Shown here piece by piece: positions 38,801 to 46,574 of a stretch of DNA of 46,574 nt (position 1 is its first letter; every line of letters starts with the position of its first letter). Below the pieces are notes generated by a model, which worked only from the letters and a program-made list of their open reading frames with translations, was not told the DNA's origin and did not search any database. The translations under genes and the position numbers were made by a program. The DNA is taken from positions 1-46,574 of the forward strand of contig CAYPQR010000001.1 of assembly GCA_964412865.1 (NCBI GenBank). Direction: 5' to 3'. This DNA is from an uncultured Intrasporangiaceae bacterium (lineage in GTDB: Bacteria > Actinomycetota > Actinomycetes > Actinomycetales > Dermatophilaceae).

Positions 38801-41506
38801 TCAGCGTCGCGGATCCGTCACCCTGCCGTGCACCTTCTGAGTGAATTCCTTTCCGCTCGTGGTCAGGTCGAGCACGACGTCGATCGTCCAGGAACCGGCA
38901 ACGGGGTGATTCGTATACAGGCTCGCCTTGGCGATGCGCTTGCCCTGGGCATTCTCGGCCGGGTGACTGTCTGCGGTGCTCACCACCTCACCGCTGGGGT
39001 TCACGAGGTAGAACGTGAACGGGTTGTTCGCACTCGCGTCCTTCGTGTGGAACGCGACGCGCAGATACTTCCGCGCCCGAGGCACGTCGATCTTGTAGGT
39101 GCTGATCTGCCCGACGCTGCGCCCGACACTGCTGGTGATCAATGTGGTGAATCTCCCACCGTGAGAGGGGATCACGGTGCGGCGTGCGATCGGTACAGAC
39201 GTCGCGGCGCCGTTACCCGCGGTCAACTGCACCGACTCGGGGTGATCTCCTGGCTTCCGCGGCATGGCGATCCGCAGCGGGACACTCGCGCTGGAGTGCG
39301 CCGGGATCCGCACAGGGACGGCAGCCCTCCTGGTCGTGTAGTTGCGACCCGACGCCTTGAACGAGATCGGACCCCGGTAGCTGCCTGGGGTGGCGGGTGG
39401 GGAGGACAGGTCGACGTCCAGCCCGGCCCAGAGGATCTTCGCGGTCCAGCGACCCGGAGTCGGGTCGCTCACGGCGGCGTGCTGGATGTCGGGCACCTCG
39501 TCGGTGGGAGTGTTGATCGTGTGCCCGCCTCCCGGGTCGTCGAACGACTCTTGCACCAACTCACCCTGAGGGTTGAACAACTGGAAGGACAGGATGTTGC
39601 TGTTGGTCGAGTCCGGCCAGATCATGTCCGCATCCAACTGGTCCAGCCCGGCCGGCACGTGGAAATGGATCGTCTTGGCGGCCCGCGCGCCCTCGGGTGG
39701 CAGAGCCTTCCCCGGCCGGGGCGCCGTCACCTTCTCGGTCTTCACGTGCCCGAGAGTATGGGCGGCGCCGAGGACCCGGTAGCGTGCGCGCACCGTCGTC
39801 GCCGCCTCGCCGGTGTTGTACACCCTGAGGCTCCGGCGCGCCGTGTGCCCACCGCGAGCCGTGACGTCGAGCTGAGTCGGCGAGACCACCAGGCTCGGCG
39901 CGTCACCAGGGCCGCGGGTGGCGGTGGTGCCCTTCATCTGCTGGGCCGCCTTGACCGCGCGGTAGACGTTCAGCAGCCCCGCGCCCTGCTGGTCCGCCGG
40001 CGCATCCAGATCGGTGGCGGAGCTGGTCAGGATCTGCTTCACCACGGCGGGTGTCGGACTGGCGCCGTGGTGGCTGTCCCGATAGGCCTGGATGACGTCC
40101 GCCGCCGCGCCGGCGATCAGTGGAGCGGCCTCGCTGGTCCCCCGCATCGACTCCGTCGGATACCCGGGCGGGCAGCCTCCGGAGCCCTCCGCACAGGCTC
40201 CCTCGATGCCGTACCAACCGGGTGCGACCAGGTCCACGACCTTGCCGGTCACCGCCGTGCCGCCGGATGACAGCGCCGCCATGTTGTTGCTTGCATACTT
40301 GCGGTAACCGTCGGCCATCGCCACCAGCCGCAGGCTGTCCACAGCGCCGGCCGCGATGACCATCGGGTCGTCCGCGGCGGCGATCACCGTGCCCGAACTG
40401 CCGCTGTCGCCAGAGGACTCCACGACGGTCACCCCCGCCTCGACCGCAGCGTCATTCGCGTCTCGCAGCAGTTGACCGAACGCACTTCCCGGAAGAGAGG
40501 ACGATCCGAAGGATTCGGAGATGACGTCGGCGTGCACCGTGGTGGTCATCCGATTGATGTTGTCGAGGACCTGCGACAACAGCAGGATCGGCGTGTCGAT
40601 CTGTGACAGGTCGACCAGGGAGGCGCCCGGGGCGTCGCCCTTGATGTAGAAGCGGCACCCTGAGGGCATCGGTGAGTTCGGCAGTGCGTTGGAATAGTCG
40701 TATGTCACGGTGCCCTGAGCCGCGATCGAGGACGCGTCTCCGTATGACTCCGCACCGCCGTGATCGGCGGTGTAGTCCGGTGCGTCGATGATCACGTGCG
40801 AACCGTCCGCACGCTGAAAGTTGGGATTGCCTGCCAGGGCGTTCATCCCGGAGTTGGCCACGATAACGCCCTGGCCGGTGGCGATGGAATTACCCATGTC
40901 GCTGCTACGAGGATTGCCCGTCGAAGCGTGCACCTGCGTGTTCGCCTCGCCCTCCTGCAGTGGCTGACGCCTTCCCGCCGGGTTGAAGGGACACGACTGG
41001 TCGGCCTGCGCCTTGCTCTTCACCGTGACGCCGCTCGCCGCTGTCGACCCGACAGTCCGCATCGACTGTGTCGTCGGAGGCGTCCCCGCGACCCTGACCT
41101 TGATGTCCGGGACGATTTCCTTGACGGCCGGGTTGTGCCGCAGTGTCGCGACGGCCGCCTTCGACAGATGTGCGGCCACCGCGCTCGGCGCCACCAGCCG
41201 GCGTACCTGCGTGCCACCGTGCGCCTTGATGGCGGCGACCACCGGCGCTTGATCCGCATGGGCCCGGGTCGTGCGAGCCTTGGCCTGCGTGCGCAGATTC
41301 AGGCCCGTATGCTGCTTCTTCAGCACCACGATCACGCGGCCGCCGGACGACGCTCCCGCGATGGCCGGTGCCGGAGTCGTGCTGCCTGGATGGCGATGAC
41401 CGCTCGATGTTGTCGCGGCCAGCGCAGGTGTGGCTCCACCCACGGCCAGAGCGAGGCCTGATACCAGCACCGTCCCGACCTTCAACGTGCGCTTGCGTGT
41501 AGTCAT
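38801..41506 (-). CDS. Secreted subtilase (S8/S53-like serine peptidase) with I9-type prodomain and C-terminal beta domains
   Basis: Signal peptide ending ALA, VIVVLK prodomain, VISESFG, SSGDSG, VDLVAPG, GTSEAAP and QGAGLLN motifs. Confidence 0.88.
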   Translation of the reverse strand: MTTRKRTLKVGTVLVSGLALAVGGATPALAATTSSGHRHPGSTTPAPAIAGASSGGRVIVVLKKQHTGLNLRTQAKARTTRAHADQAPVVAAIKAHGGTQVRRLVAPSAVAAHLSKAAVATLRHNPAVKEIVPDIKVRVAGTPPTTQSMRTVGSTAASGVTVKSKAQADQSCPFNPAGRRQPLQEGEANTQVHASTGNPRSSDMGNSIATGQGVIVANSGMNALAGNPNFQRADGSHVIIDAPDYTADHGGAESYGDASSIAAQGTVTYDYSNALPNSPMPSGCRFYIKGDAPGASLVDLSQIDTPILLLSQVLDNINRMTTTVHADVISESFGSSSLPGSAFGQLLRDANDAAVEAGVTVVESSGDSGSSGTVIAAADDPMVIAAGAVDSLRLVAMADGYRKYASNNMAALSSGGTAVTGKVVDLVAPGWYGIEGACAEGSGGCPPGYPTESMRGTSEAAPLIAGAAADVIQAYRDSHHGASPTPAVVKQILTSSATDLDAPADQQGAGLLNVYRAVKAAQQMKGTTATRGPGDAPSLVVSPTQLDVTARGGHTARRSLRVYNTGEAATTVRARYRVLGAAHTLGHVKTEKVTAPRPGKALPPEGARAAKTIHFHVPAGLDQLDADMIWPDSTNSNILSFQLFNPQGELVQESFDDPGGGHTINTPTDEVPDIQHAAVSDPTPGRWTAKILWAGLDVDLSSPPATPGSYRGPISFKASGRNYTTRRAAVPVRIPAHSSASVPLRIAMPRKPGDHPESVQLTAGNGAATSVPIARRTVIPSHGGRFTTLITSSVGRSVGQISTYKIDVPRARKYLRVAFHTKDASANNPFTFYLVNPSGEVVSTADSHPAENAQGKRIAKASLYTNHPVAGSWTIDVVLDLTTSGKEFTQKVHGRVTDPRR

Positions 41507-41898
41507 TACTTCGTCCTTGCTCTCCTTTGTCACTCCGCCTCAGTAAGGAGTGACTGCACAGCGTCAGGGGTCAGCGGGTTTCGGATTACCTTGACACGTA
41601 GTTCGATTCGGCTCGACAACCACTGTTGAGCGCCGCAACGGCATCCGGCGGAGGTGGCTTCGAACGCAAGCCATCGATGGATGACAGAACGCACCACGAC
41701 CCGCCTGGCTCCCTGCCACACGATTCGGTGAGGATCGGGTCCTCGTGAAGGGGCCTGAGGGTCAAGGCGATCGCGCGACTGACTGTGCCCACCCGGAATT
41801 GGGTGACCGCTTATCGGGATATCACGAAGCGTGAGAGCCGGTCAAGCACAATGCGATTCAGAGCTGCTGCTATGACGTGACGACGAGGGGAAGCTCTT

Positions 41899-41976
41899 GA
41901 CCTCGTCATGACGAACCTTACGAGGTCTTGGTCCTATCGTCGCGAATTGAATACTCTTTCATGACGACATCATGAC
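41899..41976. promoter_or_regulatory. Palindromic operator-like sites
   Basis: Perfect 12-bp palindrome TCGTCATGACGA (41903-41914), inverted repeat GACCTCGT/ACGAGGTC (41899-41927), and further TCATGAC copies at 41959 and 41970. Confidence 0.5.
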
Positions 41977-42153
41977 TTACTGGACGTCGTGGCTGGAAAT
42001 AATTTGCACCGTCGATGGCGCACCACGCAGGTCGGAATCCGAGCCAGAATCGTGACTGCCGCACACGTCCCGGAGGGCCCGGCCGAAGCAGCCGCTCGAC
42101 ATACGGGACGAAGGGCCCTGGCCGGACTGCCGACCCCGCTCGACGATCGATGC

Positions 42154-42594
42154 ATGCAGACCTCGACGCATCCGCGAACCGTGCACTTGACCCCCGACCA
42201 GTGCCTCCAACTCCTCGGCAGCACACGCATCGGGCGACTCGGCGTGATCGTCGCCGGTCGTCCCGAGATCTATTCGGTGAACCACACGCTGCTCGACGGA
42301 GACATCCTCTTCCGCAGTGGATCGGGCACGAAGCTCGACGCCGCCGCGGGTCAGTATGTCGCCTATCAGGCCGACGGCTTCGACCCGAACACGACGATCG
42401 CATGGAGCGTCCTGGTGGGTGGGGTCGCCCGTGTCCTCCAGCTGCACGAAACGCTGGACCTGCTGAGACTGCCCGTCTTCCCATGGGAACCCGGAGCGAA
42501 GCCGCACCTCGTGCGCATCCACCCCGAGACCATCAGTGGGCGACAGTTCGTCGCCGCCGACCTGCTCGGGGACGTCGTCGTGGGCCGCGAATGA
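42154..42594 (+). CDS. Pyridoxamine 5'-phosphate oxidase-like (split-barrel flavin-binding) protein
   Basis: LT..QCLQLL....IGRL, P.I..VN, I.FRS..GTKL and WSVLV.G motifs. Confidence 0.87.
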   Translation: MQTSTHPRTVHLTPDQCLQLLGSTRIGRLGVIVAGRPEIYSVNHTLLDGDILFRSGSGTKLDAAAGQYVAYQADGFDPNTTIAWSVLVGGVARVLQLHETLDLLRLPVFPWEPGAKPHLVRIHPETISGRQFVAADLLGDVVVGRE

Positions 42595-42754
42595 CTCACC
42601 ACGGCTCACGCCTGACCCAGGACTCGGCGAGAGTCCGATCGGCGCTGCGAAGTGGCCCGGGAATCAATGGGATCGCCTGGGTGTCCGTGCCCACATCAAC
42701 GCAGGAGGCGTCGCAAGAAGCATCTTCCGTGTCCGAATACGCAAGAATGACTGC

Positions 42755-44134
42755 ATGGTGGGAGAGTTCTCGGACTCCGAGTGGGTCGGCCTCAGTCTGG
42801 TCCTGCTGGGGATCGTGTTGCTGGCGGCGCTGTTCATCCGCGCACGAGTCCCCGGTCTTGCCGCGACACATGTCCCCGGCAGTGTGATCGCCGGGTTTCT
42901 CCTGCTGCTCGTCGGGCCGCAGGCGCTCGGAAGTTGGACCGGGAGCAACGGACTGGTGCCGCAGCAGGTCGTGGACATCCTCTCCCGGCTTCCCGGATTG
43001 ATGATCAACATCGTCTTCGCGGGCATCATGATCGGGAAGAAGCTCCCATCGATTCGTGACATCTGGACCGAGTCCGCACCCCACGTCATCCTCGGCAGCG
43101 TCTACTCATTCGGTCAGTTCGCCCTCGGGGCACTGGCGGTGACGTTCGTTCTCACCCCGTTCTTCGGTCTGCCCGACGCGGCGGGGTCGATCATCGAACT
43201 GTCCTTCGCGGGCGGACACGGCACCATCGCCGGGATGGGCGGGATCCTGGCGGACGCGGGCGCCCCCGAGGTCATCGACATCGGCCTCGGCCTCGCGACG
43301 ATCAGCATGATCACCGGTGTCGTCGGCGGCTCGATCCTGGTCAACTACGCCATCCGCAGCCCCAAGATCGACGTGGCGCGCACCCGGCCCGTCGACGCGG
43401 CTGCGCCGACATGCCTGCGAGACGTCGCACCGAACTCCGGCGACCAGGATGCCGGAGATGTCGGGCTCGGATCAATCAGCCGCAGCTTCGGCGCGATCAC
43501 GGTCGCCATCGCCATCGGCATCGTCATCCTCTGGATTCTGCGGGCCATCGCCCACGCGTTCGGCTCGGACCTCTTCGACAACTTCCCGCTGTTCCCGTTC
43601 ACCGTGATCGGCGGCTTCGCCGTCCAGCTCGTGCTCACCAAGATCGGACATGAGGGACTGATCGAGCGCCGGACCGTCAACGACCTCACCGGCCTGGCAC
43701 TCGACATCCTGATCGCGGCGGCGATCGGGACGATGTCGCTCGCGGCGCTGGGCGCGAACATCTGGAGCCTGGTCATCCTGACCGTGCTGGCATTCGGGTG
43801 GAGCGTGCTCGGCATGCTCTGGCTCGGGCCGAAGATCCAGCCGGACAACTGGTTCGAGCACTCGATCGCCGACTACGGGCAGTCCCAGGGCAACGTCGCG
43901 ACCGGTTTCATCCTGGCCGAGATGGCGGACCCGGCTCGGGTCACGGCCGCGGCACGCGCATACGGCTACAAGCAGCTGATCTACGAGCCCTTCCTCGGCG
44001 GCGGTGTGCTCACCGCGCTCAGCGTTCCGATCATCCTGCAGATCAGTTCGTTGTGGTTCGGCGTGGCCTCGGCCGTGTTGACCGGCCTGTTCATTCTCTG
44101 GGGGTTGCGCCGGAGCCGGTCCGCACAAAGTTGA
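42755..44134 (+). CDS. Sodium:glutamate symporter family (GltS) transporter
   Basis: VPGSVIAGF and FAGGHGT motifs, YGQSQG..ATG, DP; more than 10 TM segments. Confidence 0.88.
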   Translation: MVGEFSDSEWVGLSLVLLGIVLLAALFIRARVPGLAATHVPGSVIAGFLLLLVGPQALGSWTGSNGLVPQQVVDILSRLPGLMINIVFAGIMIGKKLPSIRDIWTESAPHVILGSVYSFGQFALGALAVTFVLTPFFGLPDAAGSIIELSFAGGHGTIAGMGGILADAGAPEVIDIGLGLATISMITGVVGGSILVNYAIRSPKIDVARTRPVDAAAPTCLRDVAPNSGDQDAGDVGLGSISRSFGAITVAIAIGIVILWILRAIAHAFGSDLFDNFPLFPFTVIGGFAVQLVLTKIGHEGLIERRTVNDLTGLALDILIAAAIGTMSLAALGANIWSLVILTVLAFGWSVLGMLWLGPKIQPDNWFEHSIADYGQSQGNVATGFILAEMADPARVTAAARAYGYKQLIYEPFLGGGVLTALSVPIILQISSLWFGVASAVLTGLFILWGLRRSRSAQS

Positions 44135-44161
44135 CCGCGGGGCCGGTACGGTGATCACACC

Positions 44162-44185
44162 TGACCCCGGCAATCATCGGGGTCA
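44162..44185. terminator. Hairpin between the symporter and usp (terminator or operator)
   Basis: TGACCCCG-N8-CGGGGTCA inverted repeat. Confidence 0.4.
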
Positions 44186-44212
44186 ATCACCATCTCGCGG
44201 AAAGGCTCCCAA

Positions 44213-45094
44213 ATGTCCGGTCGGATCGTGGTGGGCATCGACGGCTCGCAGCACAGCGCCAACGCCCTCGAATGGGCGGTGGGCCGGGCGCGGCTCGGCG
44301 GCGAGCAACTCGAGCTGGTGAACTCCTACAGCATGACGTATACCGTCGACTTCTACGGCTATCACGGTGTCGCCGCAGAATCGATCCACTGGCTGACCGA
44401 GTTCTCCACGGAACTCCTCGACACAGCGGAAGCGCGGGTGCATGAGTTGGCACCCGAGTTGATCTGCACTAAGACCTCGGATCTGGGACACGCCGCCGAC
44501 CTCCTCGCGTCGCGGTCGAAGGGAGCCGATGCCCTCGTCGTAGGACGGCGTGGCCTGGGCGGCGCGGCGAGCGCCTTGCTGGGTTCGGTGAGCAATCGAC
44601 TCACCAGTCAGGCCGGCTGCCCCCTGGTCGTCGTCGGGGACGGCGACCTGCCCGCGTCCGGACCGATCGTCGTGGGCATCGACGATTCCGATTTCAGCAC
44701 GAATGCGCTTCGCTACGCCATCGCGGAGGCGGAGGTCCGCAGGACATCGGTGCGCGCCGTCGCTGCATACGAGGTGCCGCGGCAGGGGTTCCTGGCAGAT
44801 CCCGAACTCGGCACTCGGATGCGGGCCGCCGCTGAGGCGGCGGTCTCGGACGCGATCAACCAGGCGCTCGGCGGAGCCCGGGGCGCGGATTCTGCCTCGG
44901 TGACGGTCGAATCGGTCGTGGCGGAGGGTCGCGCCGCGGACGTGATCCTCGGCCACGCCGAGGACGCCCAGCTGATCGTCGTCGGCACCCACGGCAAGGG
45001 CCTGGTGCGGCGGATCCTCCTCGGGTCGGTGAGCCGCCGCGTCCTCACCGACGCCGACCGTCCGGTCGCGGTCATCGACCTCCCCGAGGGCTGA
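44213..45094 (+). CDS. Tandem-domain universal stress protein
   Basis: Two repeats of IVVGID.S...VVG..G.G....LLGSVS. Confidence 0.95.
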   Translation: MSGRIVVGIDGSQHSANALEWAVGRARLGGEQLELVNSYSMTYTVDFYGYHGVAAESIHWLTEFSTELLDTAEARVHELAPELICTKTSDLGHAADLLASRSKGADALVVGRRGLGGAASALLGSVSNRLTSQAGCPLVVVGDGDLPASGPIVVGIDDSDFSTNALRYAIAEAEVRRTSVRAVAAYEVPRQGFLADPELGTRMRAAAEAAVSDAINQALGGARGADSASVTVESVVAEGRAADVILGHAEDAQLIVVGTHGKGLVRRILLGSVSRRVLTDADRPVAVIDLPEG

Positions 45095-45177
45095 TCGATC
45101 AGACACTCGGCGCTCTCAGTGAGGGTGCCTCTTGCGACCTCCCAAATTGTCAACTGTGGTTGACATCTGGTCGAATC

Positions 45178-45264
45178 GCCGAGGAACCCGGTCACGATCC
45201 CTGGGCGCACCCGGAAGGACAGATCATCCACGGCCAGGGTCGCCCCGAGCCGCTTGGTCAGCCC
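45178..45264 (-). pseudogene. Remnant of an ABC transporter ATP-binding gene (N-terminal fragment)
   Basis: GLTKRLGATLAVDDLSFRVRPGIVTGFLG, then similarity ends exactly where the Walker A (PNGAGKS) should continue. Confidence 0.65.
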
Positions 45265-45274
45265 TGGACCCGAA

Positions 45275-45817
45275 TCATGACTGAGCCTCCTGACGTGTGC
45301 CCGGAGCACCGGCGTCCAGGAGGCCGTCGACGGCCCGGGCAGCGGTCGCGGCTCCGTCCTCGGCGGCCAACAGCCCAGACAGGTGCTGCGCGCGGTGCCG
45401 GTATCCCGGATCGCTGGTGGCGGCGCGCAGCGTGTCGGCCAGCCACGCGGTGTCCAGGTCCGGTCGCCGGCGGGCGGCGGGCGCGACGCCGAGGTCGACC
45501 AGCCGCTTGGCCCAGTACGGCTGGTCCATGATGCCGGGCACCGGCACGGCCGGGACGCCAGCGCGTATCCCGGCGGCGGTGGTGCCGGCCCCGGCATGGT
45601 GGACCACCGCAGCCATCCGCGGAAACAGCCAGGAGTAGGGAACCGGGCCGATGGTCAGCACGTGCGCGGCGTCGGAGGCCAGCCCGGACGAACCTGCCTG
45701 CAGCACGACCCGGACCCCGGCCTGACGGGCGGCGCCGACCGCGATCTGACTCAGCCGCGCCCCGGCGGTGGTCGCGGTGCTGCCGAAACCGACGAACACC
45801 GGCGGGAGCACGCTCAT
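45275..45817 (-). pseudogene. 5'-truncated family 1 glycosyltransferase (C-terminal nucleotide-sugar domain only)
   Basis: PPVFVGFGS, VPYSWLFPR.AAVVHHAGAGTT.AG and DQPYWA motifs. The N-terminal acceptor domain is missing; the toxin gene lies directly upstream. Confidence 0.75.
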
Positions 45818-45863
45818 CCCAACAGAGCGCAAAGCCGTGTCTCGCACCCAGCGAATAGCGACC

Positions 45864-46106
45864 TCAGGGCAGGAGCTCCCAGTACTGCTTGCGGGCAGAC
45901 ATTGCGTGGATCACGAGCTCGTCGCCGCTCTCGAAGATCAGCACGACAGTCTCGAGCAGCCGCGCTTGTGTATCGAAGCCAAGTCGCAGCTCACGGTGCG
46001 GCCAGTCGTCATCGCCAAGGGGTTCGATCCACTGCGCCCAGTCTGCCGCCTGCACCGCGTCCTCTCGAGACACCCCGTGCTTGAGCGCGCTCTGGTGCAC
46101 CCTCAC
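45864..46106 (-). CDS. Putative type II toxin (BrnT/RelE-like ribonuclease fold)
   Basis: 80 aa, V..SALKHGVS.ED...LG.D...RLLE.V......VIHAM.AR; GTGA-coupled to the RHH gene. Confidence 0.72.
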   Translation of the reverse strand: MRVHQSALKHGVSREDAVQAADWAQWIEPLGDDDWPHRELRLGFDTQARLLETVVLIFESGDELVIHAMSARKQYWELLP

Positions 46107-46336
46107 GCGGCAAAATCGGCGAGCGCGCGCCGAATCGTCTCCGACCGCGACAGGTGCTCCCGTCTGGCCGCAGCATCCAGCGCAGCGATCTCCTCGGCGG
46201 TCAAGCGCACAGCAATCACTTGCATCGGCTCGGCTCCACGCCCCGGACGGCCACGCCCGCGACGCTTCAGCTCCGCGACGTCGTACCCCGCCTCGGCTTC
46301 GTCCGCCCACTGCTGGATCTGCTCGTCGTCGACCAT
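46103..46336 (-). CDS. CopG/ribbon-helix-helix antitoxin
   Basis: WADEAEAGYD, RGRGRP and C-terminal RHH (IAVRLT..E..ALD..A.....SRSETIRRAL). Confidence 0.85.
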   Translation of the reverse strand: MVDDEQIQQWADEAEAGYDVAELKRRGRGRPGRGAEPMQVIAVRLTAEEIAALDAAARREHLSRSETIRRALADFAA

Positions 46337-46356
46337 GCCATAATCGTATAACGAAA
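46337..46356 (-). promoter_or_regulatory. Leaderless promoter with overlapping operator for the toxin-antitoxin pair
   Basis: Minus strand TACGAT, 6 nt, then ATG; TCGT-N3-ACGA inverted repeat overlaps the -10. Confidence 0.55.
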
Positions 46357-46574
46357 ATCGGACATCGGCGAACGCGCTGCCTTCAGCCCGACGCCTCCGG
46401 TACGTCGGATCGACGGTCAGATAGAGCATCAATCCGCCGCGTATGCCGCGCCGCTGGATCGCCTCGGCCCCAGTCCCCGCAAGCCTCATCCACGCGTACG
46501 CACTGCCGAACTTCTAGTAGCTCTCGTAAGGTGCCGGCGTGGACACGTTGCGAGCACCTACTACAAAAAGTGGA

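Noticed and set aside
42154-45094. DosR-type hypoxia regulon (PNPOx-like gene plus USP)
   Set aside because: The gene families fit, but I found no convincing DosR box (GGGACT..AGTCCC-like) upstream.

Overview
High-GC actinobacterial chromosomal window, gene-dense, with many translationally coupled genes and several likely leaderless starts. From left to right: housekeeping genes (thiolase, DUF488, Rieske protein, gdhA, CoA-transferase III), then a ROK-regulated catabolic island (M81 peptidase, peptide-type ABC importer, CutC, ROK kinase), fdxA and an orphan solute-binding protein. The main feature is a ~20 kb cluster (about 17.4-37.4 kb) that interleaves three modules normally described separately. 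(1) A bacterial coenzyme M (CoM)-type biosynthesis operon: ComA, two atypical aspartase/fumarase-superfamily lyases, a PLP D-cysteine-desulfhydrase homolog and an unknown Cys-containing protein. (2) The Nit1C / MSMEG_0565-0572 nitrogen-starvation module: radical SAM, GNAT, AIR-synthase-like, DsrE-like and glycosyltransferase genes, with no nitrilase but with an amidohydrolase. (3) A complete FdrA/DUF1116/DUF2877/carbamate kinase (AllFGHK/YahEFGI-like) carbamoyltransferase set. The cluster also holds a CoA-disulfide-reductase-like flavoprotein, OsmC and two regulators. No alkene-oxidation genes are in the window, so this may be an undescribed CoM-dependent nitrogen-scavenging or detoxification pathway. 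The right end has a secreted subtilase with sedolisin-like catalytic motifs, PNPOx/GltS/USP genes, two pseudogene remnants and a small RHH toxin-antitoxin pair. All family calls come from motif recognition by eye; no database search was run.
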